Shown here: positions 25,810-45,540 of the stretch, in pieces | Numbering within the stretch: the stretch's first letter is position 1 | Layout of the letters: each line of letters starts with the position of its first letter | Origin: Paraspadella gotoi | Lineage: Eukaryota; Animalia; Chaetognatha | Direction: 5' to 3' | DNA: 64,000 bases | Assembly (NCBI GenBank): GCA_051294375.1 | Contig: CM119264.1 | Span: 5,383,962 to 5,447,961, forward strand | Notes under the pieces: generated by a model | Database searches by the model: none | What the model saw: only the letters and a program-made list of their open reading frames with translations | Told to the model about the DNA's origin: nothing | Program-made: the position numbers and the translations under genes

Positions 25810-27494
25810 CTAACCTGCAAGGGATTGAGACTCCATCCTCTCTTCGACAACTCCGTCGACAATCGAAAAATGTTGAATCGATCTGAAGCGACGGCGACGA
25901 CGGACGCTTCCGGCGCGCCCTCTACTCTGAGCCCCTCGATCGCTTCGACGCCGCGCTGGATCTTGACGCGCGTCTCCACGATCCGGCGCGTCGCGTCGCG
26001 GTAGCCGTCGACGCCGAGATGAAGCAGCGACGCCCACGTGGCGGCGATGAGAGCGCCGGGCCGGCTACCGGCGAAAGTGGGCGTGGCGTATATGCCGCCC
26101 GGCCAATCGGTCTGGTTTGAGCGGAGGGGGGGGGGAAATTAAATTAATCAATTAACAAAAATAATCAAAATAAATTAATAATCGACTAATGTACATAATC
26201 TTTGGAAAAATCAGTCAATCGATCGATCGTTCAATCAACTAATCAATTAATGAAATAATATATCAATCATTCAATCAATCAATCAATCAAATCACTTCCA
26301 AAACCCAACCTGCACGAAGTACTGATGACTCCTCCACTCTTCGCTCTTGTACAGAATCAGCGAAGTCCCCTTTGGCGCGAACCCGTACTTGTGGGTGTCC
26401 ACGGAGATGCTGACGACGCCGTCGACGCGAAAGTCGAAGGGCGGCGTCGTAAATCCGGCGTCGTCCATGAAGGGAAGGAGGAATCCCCCGAGGCAGGCGT
26501 CGACGTGAACGGGGACGCCGGCGGCAACGCCGATGGCGGCGACGGCGCCGATCTGTGGATTTTTTTTTTTTTAAGTACGATGTTCAACTTATTTTTGTTA
26601 CTAATGAATTGCAAATATAAATAATATTTTATTTCTACAACTTATTTTTATTGAAAATGGACATGAATACAAGGTTTGAACAGTTTTTTCCGTTTTTAAG
26701 TGAGTTGGTAAATGAGTGAGTGAGTGAGTGAGTGAGTGAGTGGAGTGAGTGAGTGAGTGAGTGAGTTGAGTGAAGTGAGTAGAGTGAGGTGATGAGTGAG
26801 TGGAGTGAGTGAGTGAGTGAGTGAGTGAGTGAGTGAGAGAGAAAGAGAGATATCTTCGCCCCCTGCAAAGGATAAAGGAAAAGCATAAAGAAAGTTAGAA
26901 GAGGTGAGCATCGTCACGACAACAATGCAGCAGAAGCCGCAACGCTCACCGGGTCGATGGCGCCGTGGGGAAATTGCGGCGCGGAAACGACGAGCGCGAT
27001 TGTGTTGCGATTGATGGCGGCGCGCATGGCGGCGTGGTCGGCGCGACGGGTAACGGGATCTTCTTGGACCTTAAAATTGGTGTAGAGAGATTTGAATTTA
27101 TATTAAAAATTCAATTATATTTTAATTTAATAATCTAATCTCCTTTTCTCTTTCTGATTCGGTTTTATTGTCCTTTTAGTGATTTTAATGCTTAATGCAT
27201 TCCGGGTTTAGTAAACGGTTATTAAACAATGTTTAAATTCATATCTAAGTTCCTTACTTTGACAAGCTTGACGCCCAAAGACTCGGCCGCCTTGTCGAAG
27301 GCCGCGTGGGCGGTGCGCGGCGCCACTAGCTCCGGTCGGTCGATACCTCGTTGGCGCCGCGCCCAGTTCCGGTAGCACCGCACGGCGAGCATGATGGACT
27401 CCGTGCCGCCGTTAGAGATGGAACCGCAAGCGTCCTCGCCGCCGTGGAAGAGGTTGGCGGCCATCTTGATTATCTCGGATTCCATTTTCTTTTG

Positions 27495-27577
<83 letters not shown>

Positions 27578-28735
27578 CGATTGATTGATCGATTAATTGA
27601 TTGCTCAGTTTATTCTGTCAATTTGTCATTGATTGAAAATAGATGCAAAGATTAAATTAAATAAATGAAATATTAATTCAATTATTTATTCAGTTATCTA
27701 TTCATTTCGCGCCTGAATGTTAGGAAACAAATCCGGGTGCAACGGATTCGTCCACATGTGCCGATTGTACACGGTTCCGGCGACGCTTTCGATTTCCGGC
27801 AAAGAGGCGCCGTAGACGGCGCCGGAAGCGCGTCCCTGGCGCCACTTGACGGAACACATGGAATCGTAATCGTCGATTCTGATCCGGAGATTTGAAAATC
27901 AAAATGATGTGGGGGTCGGTATTTCATTTCTTTAACGTGGATTCGAGAGTAAGTTCGTCATTTTTTTCCCCCAATTCGTTCTTTTGTTCTATTGTTCTTC
28001 TTTAGTTTGTTCTTTCGTTCGTTTGTTCCTTCGTCCGTTCCTTCGTTCCTTTGTTCCTTCGTTCGTTCTTCATGTGTTCTCTTGTACTTTTTATTGTTAC
28101 CTATTTCGGTAAAATTATAATTGAACACAGTCACAGACAAGATACTTTTAGTTTAAGCTGCCTTTCCTCTCTCTTGTGTTCCTTCCTCCTCCTCCTCCTC
28201 CTCTTCCTCCTGCTCTTCCTCTTACTCACTTCTTAAGAATCTCTTCCTTGGTCATCCCTTTGACCGGAAGTCTCGTCAAATAAGCCCCGCCCCCTTTAGG
28301 CGTCAACGCCGCCGTCAACGACGCCCTCGTCTTTTCCAGCTCCGCCTTGACCTTCGCCTCCACAAAGGGCAGGCGTCGGGCGGCACGAAATAGCGCCGCC
28401 CGCAGCCTCGCGCCCGGCGGCGAACTGCCCTCGCGTAGGAAGAAGTAGAATCGGCGGAACGACCTCAGCAGCGTCAGCAGCAGCAGCGTGAAGACGGCGG
28501 AGAGCAGCGGGATTTGCCAGAGCGGCCAGGTCGAGAGGGCGGCGTCGAGACGAAGGCGGGCGGCGTCGATTAGATACGCCGCGGCGTGGAGAGTACTTTC
28601 CGCGAAGAAGCGGGCCTGGGACGGCTGAAGGGAAGTTCGGAAGATGTTAACTAATTAATAACTACTTTTATTTAATCAATATAATCATATAATCACGTAC
28701 TTATTACATACCACTAAGTCGGCGATTTGTTCCAT
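24812..28735 (-). CDS. SGPL1: Sphingosine-1-phosphate lyase, ~664 aa; exons 28735-28712, 28624-28230, 27878-27713, 27488-27258, 27069-26950, 26552-26310, 26111-25815, 25564-25395, 25160-24812
   Basis: N-terminal TM segment, [76 protein letters not shown]-lysine motif [57 protein letters not shown]. Confidence 0.95.
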
Positions 28736-29130
28736 CGTGATGATGATTTTTTAGTGTTTTTTCCACTATGGTGGAAGGCCAAAAAAAAACAACTTGGGTT
28801 TCGGTTTATTGGATGTGAATCGAGACTATGAAACAGATCATGGTTTTTTGTCCACTTTTGTGATATTTGTCCTTCGTATCACATTAGTAATCACTGATCA
28901 GGTTCCATCTGGATGAACGAAAAAATGTTCCGTTCCGCGTCGAATAGATTTCCTTTTTTTTGTATTTAAATATTTCTTTGAACCGAGTGAACCTCTCTTC
29001 GAGTGGAGGATCGTGATGTATCTCGCTCGCGCTGGTTTAAGTCGGTTTCGTGAACAATCGAACCCTTCCCTCTCTCACAGGGTGTCCCGAGAGGCCTCGA
29101 GATAAGGACCGTTAAAGCAATTAGAGTAAT

Positions 29131-29168
<38 letters not shown>

Positions 29169-29839
29169 GAGAAATTTGTCCCAGTTTGGTTCAAGGATCT
29201 CAAATGTCAAATAATTAGGTAGAATGATGACCCTTTTTTTTATTCTCCGTTCCCTGCCTACTCTCTTAAATAGAATATAAAATTTCGTGTGTATTTATAA
29301 GTATTATTGCTTAGGTGGAACAATTTTAAATCTAATAAAATTAATTCTTAAGGTCGATCGTGAATTCTCTTAGATCGAACTGTTCAACTGTTCAATCTTG
29401 CATTCAATAGATTTACTTCCAAAATTTTTCCTGATCCAACCAACCCAAGAAAATCAAAATTAAAACGACAGTAGATTTAATTTCAAATATCTGTATTTAT
29501 GGAACAAGAAAAGTTACATATCGTTTCAATAACTAGCGTGCGATTTGAGAAACAAAATAATCTGGAGAAAAACTATTTTTGAGAGAGAAAAAGAGAGAGA
29601 GAATAATAATCTAAAGCTTTTCAAGTTGTCACATCCACCCCAGCCAATCACCGCCGGCGAAGAAAACGCCGGAACAAAAATGCGGCGATCGGCAAAACGC
29701 CGAAAGTTGCCGGAAAATCGGCCGAATCCCAAAACTCGACGTCGACGACGAAAAAAAAGTCCGTACGGACGTCGATCCAAGATTCGCCCATCCTGTTCCT
29801 TTCACAATCGGTGTCACAAAAGTACATTTATTTTTCACA

Positions 29840-29988
29840 TTACAAGACGCAATAATGCCCCGTCCCCACTCTTTCTATCACAAGACGCCGCAATGCCGCA
29901 ATCTCCAACAAGAGTCTGCAGTAACCGTCCCCAACTTTTTTCGCAAGATGCTTTAATGCCTCTCGTCACAAGATGCCGCAATGCTCCA

Positions 29989-30006
<18 letters not shown>
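29840..30006 (-). repeat. Six degenerate 18-nt units, each resembling a CaaX codon block plus stop
   Basis: Minus-strand units TACTGCAGCATATTGTGA, CATTGCGGCATCTTGTGA, CATTAAAGCATCTTGCGA, TACTGCAGACTCTTGTTG, CATTGCGGCGTCTTGTGA and CATTATTGCGTCTTGTAA, separated by 5-20 nt spacers. AATAAA (minus) at 29827-29832. Confidence 0.85.
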
Positions 30007-36932
<6,926 letters not shown>

Positions 36933-37068
36933 CTTTTTTTAATCCACAGATGTCGCTTTCGTTTGACTTCATTCGTTAGTTTATCAATTAAAAAAAGTTG
37001 TCAGTATTGTTTGATTGTAAATTTAATTGTTTGATCGTCTTTCGTTTGAGTTTCCGACGAATTGCGCA

Positions 37069-38072
37069 TCAAGATTCGAATGTGTCGTTGAGCGATGGAA
37101 TGTTTTGCACGTGACCCGTTCCAAGATACATCCGGTTGGCGTGGAGGCACAACGATCTGGAGATTGAAAATCGCAACGATGCGTCGCTTAAAACCATTTA
37201 ATTTTTATTACTAAAATTTATTAATAGTTAATATTTAAATTACTGATGTTGGCATATCATTTCGTATGAACGTGACCTAACATCTTGACAAACAGTCAAA
37301 CGACGTGGACTCAATTCCTGACCTGACGTTGTCCACGAAAATCTGGATGAGGTGAGTGATGACGACGACGGAGAGCGCGCAGAGAAAAATACAGAGGACG
37401 ACGATCTGAAAATTAAGAATTTAAATATGTAAAGAATGAGCAAGGTTAGAATTTAGTCGAAGGAATACGTATATTGTGCGGATGGTTTGGCTGCTTGCTC
37501 TCGTCTTTCATTCATTTTTATTCAGATAAACCTTTGACAGCGATTAACTAAAACACATCTAATTTAAGCGCAACCGCGTACGAAGATTATCTACTCACCT
37601 TCTTCAGGAATATTCTTCATATATACAATATACATATCAATTCTCCCGTCGATCTCGACCTCGACCCGCCCCCCTTCCATTTACTTGCGTGTACAGCCTC
37701 CTCTTTTGATCGGCGAAGCACGGCGCCCTCAGAATTCGGGGCAGCCACCCGCCGCGAGGCGTCAGGGAAGGGGCGCGCCCCCAGGACGCGCGTTGACCGG
37801 AAACGGGCGCCGCGGCGTCGGGGGGCGTGACTGGATCGGCGACGGCGTCCTCGTTGATCGCGTCGGAGGAGGAGGAGCGTTGGGCGCAAGAGGGCGAAGT
37901 CCAAGAGACGACGGAATTGAAATCTGGAGGAAAAACAAAATGACAACCGATAGTCGGAAACTGACAGGAATATTCTAAAAAGTGATTAGAAGAAAATCTT
38001 AAAAATTAATTGAATAAAGTGAAATAAGAAATGGTTTCATCTCTTACCTTTCTTTCGATGAATCTTAGCCAT
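37069..38072 (-). CDS. Small single-pass membrane protein, 144 aa; exons 38072-38048, 37923-37685, 37405-37323, 37156-37069
   Basis: Phase-consistent splicing gives MAKIHRKKDFNSVVSWTSPSCAQRSSSSDAINEDAVADPVTPPDAAAPVSGQRASWGRAPSLTPRGGWLPRILRAPCFADQKRRLYTQIVVLCIFLCALSVVVITHLIQIFVDNVRSLCLHANRMYLGTGHVQNIPSLNDTFES*. Basic residues precede one hydrophobic helix, and GTC/GCC/GAC codon use matches neighbouring genes. No family recognised. Confidence 0.6.
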
Positions 38073-38777
38073 ATGAAATATCGTTGGTCGGAATCATAAG
38101 TAACGTTTTTCGTTGCAATTTCAGTTTCGACAGAAAATGAGGATGAGGTTGCGTGCCACGACGATATTGATGATCAAGATGACGACGACAAAGACGACGA
38201 TTCGTGTGAGAAGTTATGGGAGAGCGAGAGTGAGACAATGACAGAGAGAGATTCTGCAAAAAAAAAAAAAAAGATCGATCGAGGAAGTGAGATGAGAGAG
38301 CGGAATCTCAGATAATGATATTGCAAATTTCTCTGCAATTTCTATTGCGGTTACCTTTGCGAAAAATAGTAAAAATAACAAATGCTAAATATTATTCAAA
38401 ATACTATCATAAAATTGGTATAACAAAAGAGTGAAAAAATCTACAAAAAATAGCTTTAAATAATAGTGAAAAAATTTGAATTTGCATTTGAAAAAAAATT
38501 AAACAAATTTGGATTTTTCTTCGCCATTTTTCCTTCTCCAGTCTCTGTCCGTTATTCCGACGTCAAAGTTACGAGGCCCGAATCGCGCAATACGAGTTAT
38601 ATTAACTGGAAAGAGCAGAGAGTGAAAGAGCACCGAGTTGCAAGCCCTAGGACGTTTTTGCGAAATTCGCGCTCGCGTGCAAAGAGCTTCTGCATCAACG
38701 GCGTCTGGCGGAAGAAGCGGAGAAACACGAGAGAACCAGAGCAGTAGACAAAAGGAGAGGAGAAATGAGAGAGCAAT

Positions 38778-38863
<86 letters not shown>

Positions 38864-40943
38864 TTGTTTTTGAAACTCGGTCTTTATTTTATAGCCAAAG
38901 TATCTTAGAGAAATAGATTGCATGAAATTACGCTAATCGTAAAAAGTTATTTCTTTGTTTTCGTTTCCCCTGAACGCGCAATGTCAATGTTGCCAACCAT
39001 AAATCCGTCGGATCAGACAAATATCAGGGTGAACGATTTTAAAAAGACTTTTTTGTGGCGGAAATTCAAATATTTAATATCTATACGAAAATTTTGGAGC
39101 GAAGTGTGACGTCACGAAAGTTGAAACTGGGCGCTCGAGGGAAAGGGGAATGAAAATAAATAAACAATTAGATGTTCTCACTTGAATCTCCTTTTATTCT
39201 AATGTTAAAATTGTGTTAAAATTATTAAAAATTAAGCAACATGACAGACTATCAAAAATTGTCTTCTTTAGTTAAACGACTAAAAAAAAATATCCGAAAA
39301 AGAGCGAGAAAGAAAACAAAGAAAACAAAGAAAACAAAGAAAACAACGACGATTCACTTTTCTTTCGTCTCACCATCGATTTTCCTTTCGAGGTCTCATC
39401 TGTTTCTCGAGTCGAGGACAAACTATTATTTTTATGATCGATGCAACTTGTAATGTACAATTACTAACAGTAGGTAATAGTATGAAATAGATAAAAGAGA
39501 TAATACATAGAGGTAGGCGTTTGCAGGTTAGAGAAGTCCCTCTGATTTAAAAAGAAGAAAAAATTCAATCAAAGTTGACAGTCGAATTGACAATTAAATT
39601 AATCCAGGATTTATGTACTACTCAGGCAAAAACTCCAATTTGGACATTTGACATTCGATGTCTCGATCTCTGACGGTTCCGAAAGCAAAAACATTCACAG
39701 CAACATCAATCACAACATCAAATTTTACGACAACACCAACAACAACAACAACAATTGTTACCCTAACGTCGACTGCATCACAACCATCACGGTGTCAACA
39801 AATCTGCATCAGCGAGGACAACAACAACGACGACAACAAAGAGGAGGACTACGTTTGACGACGACGACGACGACGACGACCACGTCCACGACAACGACGA
39901 CGACGACGATTCCTAACGACCCTCCCCATAATAAATATAAAGCATTTTACGGTCTTTTTTTCCCTCGCCTGGCCGACGCCTGCTTTCCATTTATCATATT
40001 CGTTTTTACAACGGAAAACGTTATTCGGAACCTGACGGGGATTCTGCGCAGAGATCTCGATTCTGAGGTCGATTGAGAGGGGGGCGGTAATGGGGGGTTC
40101 CGTGTGGGGCGAGGGATGCGAGGATGGTGGAAATTGTGGGAGGAGAGGGAGTAATAAAGAAACCGAGGAACTAAAGGGTCTATAAGAGAAAAGAGAGGAT
40201 GACCAGCGTAAAAGAAAAAAAGGGAAGTGTGAAAAATAATAAAAATCCTTTAGAAAATGTAAAAAAAAAACAGTAAGAGAAGATTGCGAATAATTTATAG
40301 AGAGAGCTATACAGAATAAAATTTAAAAAATAGAGAAAGAGAGAAAAGGAAAGAAAGGGAAAGGAAAGGATGGTAAGTAAAAGAAGAGCAAAATAAAAGG
40401 AGAAATTATAAGGAGCGTAAGTAAAAAGCGGGGAAAACTAAAAGAGAAAATAAACTAAGTGAAAAGTGGGGAAGGTTAAAAGAGAAAATAGTAGTAAGTG
40501 AAAAGCGGGGAAAGTAGAAAAACGAAAGGAAACGGGAAGAGAAGTGTCGTTAATTTTATGGCGCGATGCCCGAGGCGCGCGAGCCCCGCGCGGGAATTTC
40601 ACATCTGATAAAAAATAAATAGATAAATATAATTTTACGTTTTTCTTATTTTGCATACGAACGGTTTTTTTCCCTTTTTCCTCGCGCCCTTCTTTCACAA
40701 CGTCGGGGTCGTCGTCGTCGTCGTCGTTTATTCTTCGTCGTCATTTTCGTTTTATTTTTTAAGTTTTCGTCGTCGTCGACATTAGTCGTTAGTTAATTAT
40801 AAACTTTGACATAAACTTAGTCGTTCGTTTCACCTTCCCTGTCGTCGTCGGCGTCGTCGTCTTTTTCGTGCGTTAAAAGTCGTAATAAACTTTTTTTTTC
40901 ATCTGTTGTCGTCACTTTCAGCTTCTCGGTATCCCGTCCTTGA

Positions 40944-40978
<35 letters not shown>

Positions 40979-41146
40979 TTGACGTCGGGTTTAAATCCTC
41001 TTCGTTCATTTCCCGCTTGTTTATATGTTAAAGGGAAGAGAATCTTTTTTTACTGTGTCTATAATAAGACGGTTTTAGTACCAAAACAAAAGACGGTAGT
41101 GGTAAAGCGTGGGACGGCGGGGAACTCGTGGCCTGCGGAAGTGAGT

Positions 41147-41194
<48 letters not shown>

Positions 41195-41721
41195 TGAACC
41201 CTTTTTAAGCTAAACATGTGGAAGAAATAACCAGGAATCCTCGAAAAGAGAAAAAACGTAATTCGTTAAGAAAAAAAATCGAGAAAAAAATAAACACAAA
41301 TTAAATTCTACTTTTAACTCTTAGCCCTTTTTTTAGTTTTTACGTAAGAAGCTTTTAAAAACTTTCTTTTTTTAAAAACTTTCGTTTTTTGTTTTTCTCT
41401 TTTTGAATTACGGCTGACGAGATAATTTGCGGGACGGTCATTAAAGTTGGGCAGATCCGTTGGTTCATCAGTTTTGATGGGCAGTGGGCAATATTGTTGA
41501 AAGTATGATGAAACGAAAAAGGTTTTCAAAGGGGATAAAATCAATAATAGGGTAAAAATTAATATTTAAAGAGTAACTATTGGCCTTTTTAAGAACTTTT
41601 TAAAATTCTTAATTTGATGAATTTCTCTCTGACTCGTTGAAGGTCAAATCACAATCAACCAAACAACTCGGGATCTGAAAAAGCAGCGAAAAAACTTCAT
41701 CTTTGTTTTTATCATTTTAAA

Positions 41722-41756
<35 letters not shown>

Positions 41757-42102
41757 NNNNNNNNNNCTCTCTAACTCAACAGTTGCTCCAGTTTTCAAAA
41801 TAAAAACGCTAAAAAGACCATTTTTATATTTTTGCGCATTTTTCAAACGAGTGAACTCGACGTTTAATAACTGCGCTCAAAAAAAGCCAAATGTTTTTTT
41901 TTCTCAAATTTTCAGCCAATTTAAAACCTTTCGTTCGCAGATTTTATTCGATTAAGATTTATGAAAAAAACACGACTGACGATTTCGCTTCTTACAAAAG
42001 TTTTTCTTATTTTCTAGACTAAACTAATTGAACACAAAAATTTAAACTTGAACAATAAAAATAAAAAACCTCAATAGCGTTTAATTAATATTATTTGTGT
42101 TT

Positions 42103-42193
<91 letters not shown>

Positions 42194-42696
42194 CTATTTC
42201 TTTCTTTCTTTCCTTCTTTTTTTTCGTTTTTCAATTTCTTTTTACATCATTTATTTTTTCCTTACTCTCTTTTTATTTATCTTACTATCTTTCTGTTTTT
42301 CTCTTTCAGATTTTTTCATTGCGCCTTTCTCTCTTGTCACGTTCTCAATTAACGAGAGGCTTTTTTTAGAAAAAAAATTATTCTTCATTCTTTTCTCAAT
42401 TTTCCTCGATTTATTTTTCCCCTTCCCCCTTCGCCTCGAATCATTTTAATGCTTAAAACGAAACGTAGGCCGCTTTAAAAGTTAAAACGAATTCGGCATT
42501 TGAGTGATTGTCAAATGCCATGTCGAATTCCATGAGACGCCCGGTAATCAGGCGATTAGAGCAACGAGCGATGCAATTACCTAATGCATTATCAGATTGC
42601 CTTCGATGCATTAAGCGATAATTCGACCCTTTTCATAAAGAAGATGATTACGCGTTTTAGCTTTGGATATTTCCGTAATCCAGCAGGACGCATTAA

Positions 42697-43575
42697 GGGG
42701 ACCCAGTGATAAAAATGATATCATAAGCTTTAAGGGTCTATCATCAAAGGAATTTGAATGGTGATAGTCATTAATTTTTTCTTTGCACGCGAAAGTGGCA
42801 AAAAAATTCCTATCTCTTTTGTAGCGGAAACAAAAATTAATAATTATGAAAAAAAAATTTAGTTGACCCTACTAAATATTTATATAATCCATTATTTTAT
42901 TTTTGCATTTAGAAAGTATTTTTTACTAAATTCAATTTTTTTTTTACTGTAACAAACTATAATTTAGGTTTAAGCCTCATTGAACAAAGGCTTTACAAGA
43001 CTAATATTTTTTTTATTTTTTTATTTACTTAAAAGCAGACAAATCAAACCTAAATTCTATTCTTTACAGAAATAAAACTGTAATAATTATTAATTAATAT
43101 TCATATTCATCCCTTAAATGTATAATTAAACTATATTGATTCCTAATTATAACAATTAAAAATTTAGCAAAAGTCCAGAATCTTTCTCTTCTTTTTATAT
43201 TTATATTACTTCAAAGAGTTTTATTTTCATCCAATTAACAGAATCATTTGAAAAGAAAAGTTTAAATAAAAATCAGTCGATACCTTAAATTTTGATTCAT
43301 TCCTAGTTTTTTTTCTTATAAATTTTTGTATAAAAAGCTGAAAATCTTTTTTAAAATTAGATCTTACCCTTTTTTGGAAAAAAAAATTTTAAACTTGAAA
43401 AAGATTTTTTTTTTACGATTTTTTAAGAAAATTAAGCTCACTGATTTATCGAATTTTTTAACTACTTTCCCAAATGATTATAAAGAAAAAAATTATATGA
43501 TCAGAACCAGCTTAAGTTAAAGGGTCAAACGTTATGTTTTTCAGCTTTTTTACCCCCCCTGTTCACTTGGTCCCC
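42697..43575. mobile_element. MITE with TTAA target duplication (Kolobok-like termini)
   Basis: TTAA|GGGGACCCAGTGA ... TCACTTGGTCCCC|TTAA, i.e. 13 bp TIRs with one mismatch and an AT-rich non-coding interior. Confidence 0.75.
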
Positions 43576-45540
43576 TTAAAGCCTGTGTTAATTTCCTTGA
43601 AAAGTTAAATAAATTTCATCGTTTTGATTCTAGTACTTTATTTTTCCCCCATAGAACTTTTAATTTTCATATATACATTTTTAGATTTGTTTGTTTGCTT
43701 TTTGTAACGAGTGCAGAAAAACTTTTTCACAACTTCTTTCACATTTTTTCAATTTACGCTTTCGCCCGATTTCTCGTGTTCATCCCGCGTTCATTGGCTC
43801 ATCCACTCGTATGTCCGTCCGTGCGCCCTTCCGTGCGTTATTTCCGTACAATCGCGCACGATTTTGCCGGTTCGTCTGGGCGTGTCCGCTCGTACGTCCG
43901 CGTGCGACCGTGCGGACATTCGCGCTTGCGTTCGCCGTTCGCGTTTTCGGCCTTTCTTCACAATTTTTCCCAATGGACGAAATTTTTCACTCCGACGCTG
44001 ACGTATGTCTATCACGTGATCATTTCATTGGACCCTCGACTTTCGTTCGTTCCTTCGCAGATTCGCAAACATCCGGGTCGACCAAGCGACCACCAAATAC
44101 AATCCCTATCCAAGAGCCTCCACCTTTCCCACCCGTCTCGATCCAAGCCTTTGCCTTCGACAGTCGACCGAATCTAATATGCTTCTCTTGCCTCACATTG
44201 AAGATCAGTTTCGATTCTGCGCATTGGAATAAAAAACGGAAAGAAAATTGGGAACTCGAATGAAAGAAAAGTTCTCATCAGTTTCACACCTGGATTTCAG
44301 CCTGCTGAGAAATTTTGTATAAATTGAAATTAAATTTTTTTTCATGAAATAAAAAAAAATCATTATCGTTCACAACTTGATTTTGACAGTATGAACATTT
44401 CATACCTCGATCCCCACTTGGTGGATCTTAGGTGTCCGGAAAAACCCTGATCCTGATTCATTGCCCGTTCCATTGCTGGAGAGGTTTAGCGCCCAGTTAG
44501 CCCAGTAAGCCCACTTATCGCCTTATCCAGATATAAAACAAAAATAATTCATCCAAAAAATGTCAATGGATACAAAGTGTACTGCGCTCCACGACAGATT
44601 GTTAAACCTTAACTTAAAGAGTGAAAATGATTTAAGAGAAAAACTGGTTTTTCCGGTTGTCCAACGCTAGTTTATTATCTGGCTTTCCATTGACGCAAAT
44701 TGTCTTAATCTAGTAGAAAAACAAAATTAAAAACTTTTGATCAAGCAACATTTTCATCCTTATTCTAATTCTATCCTAGTAATAAAGAAATATATTCATA
44801 TCAAGAACGATGGTTACTATTTATGTACGTTCACAATATAATTGAAGGAAAATGGATTTTGATTTTCTCTATCATCGATAGAAGATAATCGATATATTGA
44901 GGCGGTCGCTGTTATAATGATATCAATTGTGTAACTCGGTTTTAAATTCGATAGAGCGCCCAACCGGGCCTACACGTCATATCGTCAAATTCTTTAGATC
45001 AAGAAACCTGAAATTGATATTACTGGTTATCGCTTCTACTAAATTCATTCTTTTCATTTTCGAAAATTTGGCCCCAAGCGGCACAATACAAAGTAAAACC
45101 AACGTTCGATAATTAGAGTAGAGTTGATTTTTCCGAAGAGGACTCGTCAAACTGTTTTTTTTCTCAAGGCATCAACGGATAATCTCTCGAAAAGTAGGTC
45201 TACTCTAGTCAACGTGACGAATTCGGGTAAAAATTTATTTCTTCGATGAGAAAACGTGACTCTTAAAGAAAGAGGGCATCTCTGAAGACTCGTCCGACTA
45301 GATTTTCTAACTTGAGGGTATATATTAAAATCTGAATAAATAAGGAGTCATTTCCGATCTGGCAGTCCTTGTACGAAGACATACGAATTTGACGAAACGT
45401 CGGAAATCATCAATCTAATAAGGTAGTAAGCGTTTATTAATTTTAATTGTATCGTAGGGCGAATTGTTGAAAAAAAAATTATGATATAAACAGGTCTCCT
45501 GGTCTCCTATGGTCAAATTATTTTGCCCAGCCAATTCAAG

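Noticed and set aside
43691-44263. 190-aa ORF and overlapping ORFs
   Set aside because: Non-ATG start, (CGTC/CGTT)-like low complexity, several frames open, no recognisable motif.
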